A stretch of DNA of 64,000 nucleotides from contig JANOAV010000140.1 of the NCBI GenBank assembly GCA_031411295.1, positions 65,727-129,726 on the forward strand, read 5' to 3'. Source of the stretch: Verrucomicrobiales bacterium (lineage in GTDB: Bacteria; Verrucomicrobiota; Verrucomicrobiia; Verrucomicrobiales; V1-33). Numbering within the stretch: position 1 is the stretch's first letter; every line of letters starts with the position of its first letter. Of the stretch, positions 1-8,979 are shown in pieces. Made by a program: the position numbers and the translations under genes. The notes beneath the pieces were generated by a model. That model did not search any database. It was not told the origin of the DNA and was given only the letters and a program-made list of their open reading frames with translations.

Positions 1-154
1 CGGGATTCACGTCCTTGGCCCACTTGGTCATCAGAGGACCGGGAGCAGGCTTCCAAGAATCCGCCAAGGCGGATGACGCAAGGATTAACGAAACCAGCGA
101 AAGGGCGAGGTGGAGGCGTTTCATAAAGGTGGCTGAGAGCTGGGTTGGTAAAAT

Positions 155-1315
155 TTACTCAGAAGGTTGCAGGATAATCTGTGGACCGTCCGAAGGCTGG
201 GTCACGAAAACACGTGAGTCACGGCCAAACTTCGTTTGATAGGCTCGCTGAATCTTCTGACCGATCAGTTCCGCCTGAGCCGTCGGCACCAAGGCCACAC
301 AGCAACCGCCGAAGCCCCCGCCAGTCATGCGGCAGCCATACGCACCCGCTTCGCGCGCAGCATTGGCGATGAAATCCAGTTCCTCGCAACTCACTTCGTA
401 GTCTTTCCGCAGGGATTCGTGGCTGGCATTCATTAGTTCGCCTAACGTCTGCCATTGTCCCGCTTTCAGTGCGGCCACAGCGGCTAACGTGCGCTCATTT
501 TCTGTGGTGACGTGATGCGCGCGACGAAACAAATGATCGCCTAACTGCACCTGCGCTGCCACGACCTGTTCCGTGGTCACCGCCCGCAGCGTGGTCACGC
601 CAAGCACGGCGGCGGCCGCCTGGCAGTCAGCGCGACGCTTCCCATACTCGCCCTCGCTGAGATCATGTTTCACCATCGAGTTTATCACCAGCACGGAAAC
701 ATCCCTCTGCGGCATGGGCACCAGTTCAAATTGCTGCGATTGACAGTCCAGCAACAACAAGTGTCCGGCTTTGCCGAAGGTCACGGCAAACTGATCCATG
801 ATGCCGCAGGGCGTGCCCGCAAATTCATGTTCTGCCTGCTGGCAGAGCAATGCTTTCTGCACGGGATCCAGAGTGGTGCCTGACAAAATTTCGCCCAACG
901 TGGCGGTGGCCACTTCCAACGCGGCACTGCTGCTTAAGCCGCCGCCCGCCGGTAAATTGGCATAGATCACCGCATCGAACCCAGGCAGGATCGTGCCTGC
1001 ATGGAGTAACCCTGCCAGCACGCCCCTCACATAATTGCTCCAGCCTGGGGCGCCAGGTAAGATCGGTTGCGTGAGATCGAGTTCCACTGGGAGATCCGAC
1101 CGCCCTGCGCTCCAGAGTCGCACCAATGAATCCTCTCGTTTTCGTGCTGCGATCGCCACGCCCAGATCAATCGCCAGGGGTAAGACGAAGCCATCATTGT
1201 AATCCGTGTGCTCCCCGATGAGATTCACGCGACCGGGCGCAAACACCATACGCGTGGCCGCAGCGCCAGTGAGATCGCTGAAACATTTGAGGGGACTTTT
1301 GTGCTGGAGGGACAT
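155..1315 (-). CDS. galK: Galactokinase (GHMP kinase)
   Basis: APGRVNLIGEHTDYNDGFVLP signature, PAGGGLSSSAA ATP loop, CGIMDQF and GCRMTGGGFGG motifs. Start moved to ATG 1315 (MSLQHK). Confidence 0.95.
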   Translation of the reverse strand: MSLQHKSPLKCFSDLTGAAATRMVFAPGRVNLIGEHTDYNDGFVLPLAIDLGVAIAARKREDSLVRLWSAGRSDLPVELDLTQPILPGAPGWSNYVRGVLAGLLHAGTILPGFDAVIYANLPAGGGLSSSAALEVATATLGEILSGTTLDPVQKALLCQQAEHEFAGTPCGIMDQFAVTFGKAGHLLLLDCQSQQFELVPMPQRDVSVLVINSMVKHDLSEGEYGKRRADCQAAAAVLGVTTLRAVTTEQVVAAQVQLGDHLFRRAHHVTTENERTLAAVAALKAGQWQTLGELMNASHESLRKDYEVSCEELDFIANAAREAGAYGCRMTGGGFGGCCVALVPTAQAELIGQKIQRAYQTKFGRDSRVFVTQPSDGPQIILQPSE

Positions 1316-1564
1316 GCTGGAGGGGAATGGACAATCACTATTGAACACCGGTGGGCTTTTGTCCAAGAGGGAGCCGGTCAAACATTGTAGATATCGGGTC
1401 ATATTCCCTCGGGGTAGATTCAAGACATCGGATTCATGTTGCAAGCAATGAGGCTTGATTCTGATACTTAAATACTGAATTTGTGCGTCCGATTTTCGAA
1501 TTGATAGGAAGATGGGTCAAACAAATCTGTAGATTTTCGGCCAAATCGGTTTAGTTTCCCTGCA

Positions 1565-2770
1565 ATGCCTAAGCGCCTCAAAAATCCTCCTGCCTCCGCT
1601 GCCCCGCACGTCGCCCTGCTGGTGGAAACCTCATTGGCATCAGGCCGGGAAATTTTGCGCGGGGTGGCGCGTTACGTGCGCGAAAACGGCCCTTGGTCGC
1701 TCTTCCACGCGCCGCGCGGACTGGAGGAAACGGTGCCTTCCTGGTTGGCGCGTTGGCAGGGCGATGGCATTATTGCCCGCATTACGACTCCAGCCTTGGC
1801 GAAGTTTATCAAGAAGATCAAGGTCCCGGTGATTGACGTGCTGGGACTGGTTCCGGCAAGTGGCTTTCCGCTCATCCATGTGGACGATCCCGAGATCGCG
1901 CGGCAAGCCTTTGCTCACTTGGCCGAGCGTGGATTCCGCCACTTCGCGTTCTTCGGACTGGCAGGGGAGAATTGGTCCGAACGTCGGCGGGAAGCCTTCA
2001 TCACGGAAGCGCGACGATTCACTTCGCAGGATCACGTCTTGGAAATGACGCGCAAGGAAATTGAGCAAACCCCCTGGGAGACGCGGCAGGATCAGTTGGC
2101 TGACTGGCTGCGGCAGTTGCCGAAACCATGCGGCCTCATGGTCTGTAGCGATCAACGCGGGCCGGACGTGCTGGAAGCATGTCGGCGGGTCAGCATTCAG
2201 GTGCCGGATGAAATTGCCATCGTCGGCGTGGATAACGACGAGCCTTTATGTGAAGTGTGCCATCCACCACTGAGTTCCGTCTGGCCGAATCACCTGGGCG
2301 TCGGCTATGAGGCCGCCGCAATGTTGCATCGGTTGATGCAAGGAGCGCCCCTGCCCACCACCGCCCAGTTTGTCGCGCCCCGCGGGGTGGTGACTCGTCA
2401 GTCCAGTGATGTGCTGGCGGTAGGTGATCCCTTGGTGGCAGCAGCGCTGCGCTTGATTCGCGAAGAAGCCTGCCGCGGCATTTCCGTGGACGACATCACC
2501 CAGCGCGTCGGTGCCTCCCGCAGTGTGCTCCAACGTCGATTCGCGGCCATGCTCGGGCAGACGATTCACGACCGCCTCATCGATCAACGCATCAAATCCG
2601 CCATCCGCTTGATTTCCACGACCGAGTTGCCGCTGGGAGAAATTGCCGAACGCTGTGGTTTCCGGCACCAGGAATACATGGGCGTCGTCCTCCGGGAACG
2701 CAGCGGCCAAACCCCGGCCCAATATCGCAAGGCCGCCATGCTGCAAACCGTTGGACGCACTCGGTCGTGA
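1565..2770 (+). CDS. XylR-type transcriptional regulator (periplasmic-binding-like domain + C-terminal AraC HTH)
   Basis: GREILRGVARY, VPDEIAIVGVDND, PLSSV, VVTRQSSD and AraC tail IAERCGF..QEYM. Divergent from galK. Confidence 0.9.
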   Translation: MPKRLKNPPASAAPHVALLVETSLASGREILRGVARYVRENGPWSLFHAPRGLEETVPSWLARWQGDGIIARITTPALAKFIKKIKVPVIDVLGLVPASGFPLIHVDDPEIARQAFAHLAERGFRHFAFFGLAGENWSERRREAFITEARRFTSQDHVLEMTRKEIEQTPWETRQDQLADWLRQLPKPCGLMVCSDQRGPDVLEACRRVSIQVPDEIAIVGVDNDEPLCEVCHPPLSSVWPNHLGVGYEAAAMLHRLMQGAPLPTTAQFVAPRGVVTRQSSDVLAVGDPLVAAALRLIREEACRGISVDDITQRVGASRSVLQRRFAAMLGQTIHDRLIDQRIKSAIRLISTTELPLGEIAERCGFRHQEYMGVVLRERSGQTPAQYRKAAMLQTVGRTRS

Positions 2771-2785
2771 ATCCTCAATGCGGGG

Positions 2786-4138
2786 TTGAAGAAATATGAC
2801 CTAACTTTGATTCTAGCTCAGGTGGCCTTTGGGAGCACACCTGCGGTGCCGGGGACTCGGCTCACCATGACCTACGACGGACTGAGCCGACTCATTGCCA
2901 AGAAAGTGGAGCAACAAAATGCTGTCACTCTGATCGGGACTGTGGTAGAATACCAAGGCTATCTCTACGATGGCTGGAACTGCATTATGTGTGTGCGCTT
3001 AAATAACGATGCTACCGCTACCACCCCACCGGCCGTGCGGGGAAGGTTGGCGAGTTGCGTCTGGGGACCGGACATCGGCAGCACCCCGTATGCCCGGCAG
3101 TCATGGCAGAAGGCAGGCGGCGTCGGCGGCTTGCTCTGCGTCGTCGGCATCCTCTCAGACAACTCGGATACCTACTTCCCGCTCAGCGACCGCATGGGGA
3201 ACATCACCGGCTACCGACGCCCCGCCACGGCCACCAGCACCGTCCTCAACAACGACCTAGCCACCACCGGAGCCATGCTAGACTACGACGCCTTCGGCAA
3301 AGAATTCCGCAGCAGCGGCCCCGCCGCCGACATCGTCCCCTTCCACTACAGCACCAAATTCACCGATGCCGAAACCGGGCTGAACTACTATGGTTATCGG
3401 TATTATGATTCAGTGAATGGCCGCTGGCTGGGGAGGGATCCGATTGGGGAGGGAGCTGGTGGAAATTTATTCGGGATGGTTGGGAACAAAATAATTAATG
3501 AAGTAGACTTACTGGGCCTACGAGATTCTTTGATAGATGAGAGCGTAGGGGCGGCGCGAGCCGCTGCCCAGCAGCGTGCTTGGGAATCAGATAAACAGGT
3601 AGCCAAAAATTGCTTAAAAGCGCAAATAACTGCTTGTAACAACGCGGCGAGTGATGATGCCTGCTGTGCACCAAGCCCATCGAAGAGTAAACCTGACGCA
3701 CGCAACAAGGTCTGTAGAAGACTTGAGCAGTTATTGAAAGAACTGGACTCCCCAACCTCTTGTCATCAACGGGCGGTTGTAAAAGCAATAAGTGCATTCT
3801 GTAATGAGCAAACAAAATATAATCCTTCCCCTGGGGCCTTCACGTGCAACAAGTTTGTGAGTGACAAGATCAATGGTCCCAAACGTTATCATGGGCTTGG
3901 CGGACCGATTAGTGCTTCTCAATGGAACGAGGAACAACCAACGATACCCGAAGCGGATGCTGTGCCGGGCGACATTGTTTCCACAACAGGACATGTGGGT
4001 ATTTATTTAGGGGGAGGCGTCTACATTAGTGCCTCGGCGGGCAGCAGTTTCTTTCCAGAGCAGGGGAATGGTAGCATCCGCGTGAAACCGTTGCCTAAGG
4101 ATCCGCATAAGTTCCATCGGGGATGCGAAGATGATTAA
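2786..4138 (+). CDS. Orphan Rhs core + C-terminal NlpC/P60-like toxin (N-terminally truncated)
   Basis: YDAFG, PFHYSTKFTDAETGLNYYGYRYYD..GRWLGRDPIG core and DLLG boundary. C-terminus has TCNKFV...PGDIV...GHVGIY. Confidence 0.88.
   Translation: MKKYDLTLILAQVAFGSTPAVPGTRLTMTYDGLSRLIAKKVEQQNAVTLIGTVVEYQGYLYDGWNCIMCVRLNNDATATTPPAVRGRLASCVWGPDIGSTPYARQSWQKAGGVGGLLCVVGILSDNSDTYFPLSDRMGNITGYRRPATATSTVLNNDLATTGAMLDYDAFGKEFRSSGPAADIVPFHYSTKFTDAETGLNYYGYRYYDSVNGRWLGRDPIGEGAGGNLFGMVGNKIINEVDLLGLRDSLIDESVGAARAAAQQRAWESDKQVAKNCLKAQITACNNAASDDACCAPSPSKSKPDARNKVCRRLEQLLKELDSPTSCHQRAVVKAISAFCNEQTKYNPSPGAFTCNKFVSDKINGPKRYHGLGGPISASQWNEEQPTIPEADAVPGDIVSTTGHVGIYLGGGVYISASAGSSFFPEQGNGSIRVKPLPKDPHKFHRGCEDD
3061..3445 (+). 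repeat. Rhs core DNA repeat, copy 1 (near-identical to ~5497-5882)
   Basis: ctggggaccggacatcggcagcaccccgtatgcccgg...gggatccgattgg is shared between the two Rhs genes. Confidence 0.9.
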
Positions 4139-4580
4139 GCGAATACAAGTGATGAAGTTTTTATTGAAGTATAAGATACATTTTGTGATATCCGCATGTT
4201 TAATTGTCGCGATGTGTTTGCGTCTCAGTTCGTTTAGCGGGTTTAGGTTCCGCCTAATGTCGTCAGAAAGTGGTGAGAAGGTTGCCGTGTTTTATAAATA
4301 TCGAGAGGAGGTAAACAGGTTGTTAAGTGCAGGTATGACTAAAAGTGACGTCGAAGGAGTGACCGGATTACCATCCAATAATCCAAACGACGAAATTTGG
4401 ATTTGGGCTTCCAATCCAGCGGACGTCAAAAATCTGGTGGTCGGAATTTCCGATGGTTCAATCATTAACAATGAGGTGAAACTTCGATTAATGGCTTTTA
4501 ATTCTAATCCCGAAGGCCACCACTACTGCTTTGTCGTCTTCCAAACGGGAAAACTAGCATATATCGAGCCATCGCAATGA
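4131..4580 (+). CDS. Putative immunity protein for Rhs toxin 1 (N-terminal hydrophobic anchor)
   Basis: Overlaps the toxin stop, low GC, hydrophobic N-terminus, SmpA/BamE-like GMTKSDVEGVTGLP motif. Confidence 0.65.
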   Translation: MIKRIQVMKFLLKYKIHFVISACLIVAMCLRLSSFSGFRFRLMSSESGEKVAVFYKYREEVNRLLSAGMTKSDVEGVTGLPSNNPNDEIWIWASNPADVKNLVVGISDGSIINNEVKLRLMAFNSNPEGHHYCFVVFQTGKLAYIEPSQ

Positions 4581-4822
4581 TGGAGATGTGGTAGAAAACA
4601 ATGTGCCATGCAGATAGTTTAAAAAAGCATTAACGGAATTACCATGATTTCAAAAAATCCCATACCTCCGTTTCCTTTGTTTCCTTCTGTTTAAAAATCC
4701 GCACTACGAACCGGGCACAATCACCATGAATGGTTGGGCCATGGGCCAAGTATTCACTACGGTCCAGGCTTAATACACACTTGCGTAAGTTGAATTTCTA
4801 CGCTTGTCATAATTAATGGATC

Positions 4823-6502
4823 TTGATCGGCTTTGTTTCCTTTGTTTCCTTCTGTTCCAACCCGTTCATCGTTCATCGGAAGTCCCGAAAAAAACTCGGA
4901 AATCGCTCAAGGGCTGGAAAACACTTGCTCCTTCCAAGAATCTCACGAAATTGTCCTATGCTAATTTTCTGTAGGCCAAAAAGGCGAAAGCATGCCGAAG
5001 ATCTTTTCCTCAATAGCAGCACCACCGCATTGACTCCAGGTCCTGTCTTTAGCGGAAACAACTGGGATAAAGAAATAACCCACAGTGTGGCGGGCCTGTA
5101 TGACCGGGTAGAAGTAAAGGAAGCGGGAGTGCTGATTGAAGACGGCGTGCAATACACCCCGCCCGCTACTGAGAACCTCAGCACCGCTTACGATGCAGAT
5201 GGCAACCTATTGCAGGACGGGCGCTGGACGTATGTTTGGGATGGGGAGAATCGGCTGCTCAGCATGGAATCCGCCCCGCAGACGACCAATCCCGCCGTGG
5301 CGGGACGGAAATTGAGCTTTAAATACGACGGACTTTCCCGAAGGATCGGAAAGATCGTAGAAACCCGCCCTAACACCAGCGCCGCTTATGCCCTAGTCAA
5401 ACACGAAGGCTATGTTTATGATGGCTGGAACTTGGTGATGACCGTGAAGTTCACCACCACCAGCCCGACCGCCCCGGCCCGCGTGGCCAGTTACGTCTGG
5501 GGACCGGACATCGGCAGCACCCCGTATGCCCGGAAGTCCTGGCAAAAGGCAGGCGGAGTGGGCGGCTTGCTCTGCGTCGTCGGCATCCTCTCAGACAACT
5601 CGGATACCTACTTCCCGCTCAGCGACCGCATGGGAAATATCACCGGCTACCGACGCCCCGCCACGGCCACCAGCACCGTCCTCAACAACGACTTAGCCAA
5701 CACCGGGGCCATCTACGACTACGACGCCTTCGGCAAAGAATTCCGCAGCAGCGGCCCCGCCGCCGACACCGTCCCCTTCCACTTCAGCACCAAATTCACC
5801 GATGCCGAAACGGGGCTGAACTACTATGGGTATCGGTATTTTGATCCGGTGAATGGCAGATGGCTGGGGCGGGATCCGATTGGTGAGACGGGTGGGGTGA
5901 ATTTGTATGGGATGGTCGGGAATAATCCGGTGATTGCGGTTGATATATTGGGGGAGAACACGGTAAGATCTTGCAAATCCACAATACGGGCTGGACACGG
6001 GAGTAACGATCACCCTAGCACTGTTGAATCAAATCCACCGGCGCACCAAATAGGTGATCGATGCACTGCTGTGAGTTGCTTTAATGGAAATATAAACGAT
6101 CGGTTCGATAAGTCAGGATTGGGTCCGGTGCGTTATGACGGGGAACGTTTTGAAGATCCTAAAATACCCACTTTTAACAGAGATCCCCAATTCCCCGATC
6201 AAATTGATAGGAAGAACCCGCTCAATCCCAACCAGCCTGGATTGCTGCCCGATGCCGGGCCAAACAACGCTTATGACTCACTTGAGGCTTCGATTAAGGC
6301 CGCGAAAGCGAAGGCGGTTGAGGATTGCAAAGGAGAGTGTTGGGATAGCAAAGACGGAACTAAATGTCGAGATATCGAAATACGAGTCGAATGTGTTGGA
6401 GATATATTTGCGAAGATTGCCCAAAAACTTAAAAAACCAAGCTTATGCGGCAAGACCTGGAAATACAACTGTGCATCTAAACAATGGAGCCCTAAGGATT
6501 AA
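4823..6502 (+). CDS. Orphan Rhs core + unknown Cys-rich C-terminal toxin (true 5' end uncertain; Rhs-like sequence starts ~5000)
   Basis: YDADGNLLQDGRWTYVWDGENRL, YDGLSRR, PFHFSTKFTDAETGLNYYGYRYFDPVNGRWLGRDPIGE and VDILG boundary. Confidence 0.88.
   Translation: MIGFVSFVSFCSNPFIVHRKSRKKLGNRSRAGKHLLLPRISRNCPMLIFCRPKRRKHAEDLFLNSSTTALTPGPVFSGNNWDKEITHSVAGLYDRVEVKEAGVLIEDGVQYTPPATENLSTAYDADGNLLQDGRWTYVWDGENRLLSMESAPQTTNPAVAGRKLSFKYDGLSRRIGKIVETRPNTSAAYALVKHEGYVYDGWNLVMTVKFTTTSPTAPARVASYVWGPDIGSTPYARKSWQKAGGVGGLLCVVGILSDNSDTYFPLSDRMGNITGYRRPATATSTVLNNDLANTGAIYDYDAFGKEFRSSGPAADTVPFHFSTKFTDAETGLNYYGYRYFDPVNGRWLGRDPIGETGGVNLYGMVGNNPVIAVDILGENTVRSCKSTIRAGHGSNDHPSTVESNPPAHQIGDRCTAVSCFNGNINDRFDKSGLGPVRYDGERFEDPKIPTFNRDPQFPDQIDRKNPLNPNQPGLLPDAGPNNAYDSLEASIKAAKAKAVEDCKGECWDSKDGTKCRDIEIRVECVGDIFAKIAQKLKKPSLCGKTWKYNCASKQWSPKD
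5497..5882 (+). repeat. Rhs core DNA repeat, copy 2
   Basis: Near-identical to 3061-3445. Confidence 0.9.
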
Positions 6503-6525
6503 CTCTTAAATTAACATAAATCCGT

Positions 6526-7095
6526 ATGAGAATCAATAAAACGAAGTCGGTAATGCTGTTTATATTATACTCATGTATGGCGCTTAATGCTGCTCCAGAC
6601 GTGAATGAGGCATTTTTGTGTGAAAGTAAGTTGTTTAAATTGTGTCACGTAAACGTTGACTTTGAGAGAAGTGCAGACTTTGCTGAAACGCTTACGAAAA
6701 AGAAACAAGAAATTGATTACGCAAAAATCAGTCCGGGGTCTATAATTAAGTGGGGAACTGTTGAAATATTGTTGAAAAACAAACCAATCGCCCAGGCCGT
6801 CGTGTGGGGTCAAACATTTAGCAAGTGGTTAGAAGTCGCCAAATGGAACGAGGATGACGCGTTTTCTTCATCATCACTTTCTCCCGAGCGAATAATTGTA
6901 ATAGAAGATAAAAATAAAAAGGAACAGGTTTGGGTGCTGCACTTATGGCATAAATTGGCACTTTGTTTCGTTGGCAGTAAATGTGATACCGATAGTTTTC
7001 AAATAATTCCTAATAGTAAACAGTCGCGCCTAGACGATCGCGATTTAATCGAAGCTATCTGGGACTCTGTTTTAAAAGTGGAAGAGAAAAAATAG
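6526..7095 (+). CDS. Putative immunity protein for Rhs toxin 2 (probable signal peptide)
   Basis: Directly downstream of the toxin, AT-rich, signal-like N-terminus MRINKTKSVMLFILYSCMALNA. Confidence 0.65.
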   Translation: MRINKTKSVMLFILYSCMALNAAPDVNEAFLCESKLFKLCHVNVDFERSADFAETLTKKKQEIDYAKISPGSIIKWGTVEILLKNKPIAQAVVWGQTFSKWLEVAKWNEDDAFSSSSLSPERIIVIEDKNKKEQVWVLHLWHKLALCFVGSKCDTDSFQIIPNSKQSRLDDRDLIEAIWDSVLKVEEKK

Positions 7096-7141
7096 TAAGA
7101 AATAAGGAGCCATGCTGGATATTAGAAGTCATTGACTCGGC

Positions 7142-7463
7142 AAAACAAGGTGGCAGGCTCTTTATTGGAAAAGTATTTGACGGTTACTAGAATCACCATA
7201 ATTTCATGCCATGACCACCCGTTATCGATTTAGACCTGCCGATTTAGAGGCTACTGCATATTTTCACGTCGTCAGCCGATGCTATGACCGTAAGTTCTTG
7301 CTTCTTGCTAGTGTGAAAACAAGGTGGCAGGCTCTTTATTGAGAAATGGAATTGACACCCGCTAGAATTTCCATAGATTCACCAGGTGACTACCCGATAC
7401 CGATTCCGTGCCGCCGATTTAGAGTCCGTGGCCTATTACCACGTGGTTTCCCGATGCTACTGA
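7142..7463 (+). pseudogene. Two tandem 5' remnants of a REP-associated tyrosine transposase (RAYT, IS200/Y1-like)
   Basis: Exact 26-bp repeat aaaacaaggtggcaggctctttattg at 7142-7167 and 7316-7341. These precede MTTRYRFRPADLEATAYFHVVSRCYDRKF (7211) and VTTRYRFRAADLESVAYYHVVSRCY* (7386-7463). Confidence 0.7.
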
Positions 7464-7708
7464 AGGCAAAACGGGCCAGTCTTAATGAAAGTGAGTCCCC
7501 CACTCACAGTAAAGATCATTCAGCAAATTAATATAGAAACCAGCACCACAGCCTTGGGTATCTGTTTAAAGGCTTTAAGCATTTCCGATGGGCGATGTTG
7601 GCAGCCTTTGTGATGGGGGTATTGCCGGAGAAATCCCCGGCTTATCTCCTGTCTTTCGTTCTATTGGTTATTGGTAGCATCATCGGGGGCTGTGGGGCGG
7701 TCCACGAA

Positions 7709-8284
7709 TCAGCCAGTGGGTAGCCAGGAGACGCTTTCGTAAATGGTGCTCAGCGGCAGGGTGAGGTCCACGGATTCCAGGGTGATTTCCGAGTCTAATT
7801 CCGTAAAAACCTCGCCATCCCAGTCCATGCGGCGGCGGTAGATGGTGACTTCTGCCTGATCTTGGGCTACTAGCACGTATTCTTCCAGGGTGGGGATGGT
7901 GCGGTAAATGCTGAATTTTTCCATGCGGTCCAGTCGCTCGGTGCTGGGGGAGAGCACTTCGATGATGAGCTTGGGGAATCGCAGGTAGAAGTCATCCGTG
8001 TCCCGTGGATCACAGCCGACGACGATGTCAGGATAGTAAAAGACATCCTTACCATGAGCAAGCACACGGACTTTCATATCCGCCATGAACGGACGACAGG
8101 GGTTACCGTGGAGGTGGGAAAATAATTTGCTAAATAGACTACCAGTAGCTTGGCCATGATTCCTGCTGGCCCCCGCCATGGCAGTCACTTGGCCCGAGTT
8201 ATATTCATGGCGCACCTCGCTGAGAGGTTCCCCAGTGAGGTAGTCTTCGACGGTGATGAAACGTAGTTGGCGCGCGGCGGACAT
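7709..8284 (-). CDS. Uma2 family endonuclease (DUF820)
   Basis: RHEY..G...AMAGASRNH, YYPDIVV, LIIEVLSPSTERLDR.EKF..Y..IPTLEEYVLV. Start at ATG 8284. Confidence 0.93.
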   Translation of the reverse strand: MSAARQLRFITVEDYLTGEPLSEVRHEYNSGQVTAMAGASRNHGQATGSLFSKLFSHLHGNPCRPFMADMKVRVLAHGKDVFYYPDIVVGCDPRDTDDFYLRFPKLIIEVLSPSTERLDRMEKFSIYRTIPTLEEYVLVAQDQAEVTIYRRRMDWDGEVFTELDSEITLESVDLTLPLSTIYESVSWLPTG

Positions 8285-8449
8285 GCGGCAGTATGCACCA
8301 GAGTCAGGTTTCCTGCAACCTTGAGGATTCATCCTTTCATCCTTTTGCATGGCGGCTCCTAGCTCGGCCCGTCGAGTTACCCACGGGCAATGACAGGCGC
8401 GTTTGTGGTGGGATGCACGGAAGACTTGATTTACCGGGCGTCAACGGAA

Positions 8450-8732
8450 GACAAACGCGTGGGACGTCGGGAGACCGTGTGGGAGGAGCGATTCCGCAGT
8501 GTGCTGGTGGAAGGGGCCGGAGAAGCACTGGCCACCATGGCGGCCTACATCGACCTGAGTGAACTACCTAATGCGAGGCGGAATCTTTGGCGGCGCAGGC
8601 TTTGTGAATGGAGTCTTTGCATCAGTGCGGGAACGATTTGGCAAAAATCCGAAAAGCGGGGCCAGGAAACTCAAAGGACTTGAAGCCGGGGAGCTGCGGG
8701 TCTTGCGAGATTTGCAAAAGGGAGTAGGCTAA
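8450..8732 (+). pseudogene. 3' remnants of a RAYT transposase (internal deletion, frame change)
   Basis: TVWEERFRSVLVE...TMAAYIDL (catalytic Tyr region), then in another frame GFVNGVFASVRERFG..KSGARKL...LRVLRDLQ* ending 8732. Confidence 0.72.
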
Positions 8733-8979
8733 GCCAACTGCCGTCAGCCTATAGCCAAACCCCAAGCCCGAATGGCATGGATTTATTCAGATTGGTCTGA
8801 TCTCCTTCGGTTCCTTCCTTTTCTTCTGTTCAAAATCGGGATGAAGATCAGGCCGGAACGCTGGATGGAAGTGGGCTGGTGGGCTTAATTTGAGCAGCCC
8901 AGCGGACTGCTCCACACTCGGTCGAGTGGAGATCTGGCCCCAGTGTGGGGCACTCAAAGCCCCACTCCTTGCGCGTGCA

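Noticed and set aside
7595..7723. Short hydrophobic ORF (MLAAFVMGVLPEK...)
   Set aside because: About 40 aa in a decayed region and overlapping the Uma2 3' end; probably a remnant, cannot be supported.
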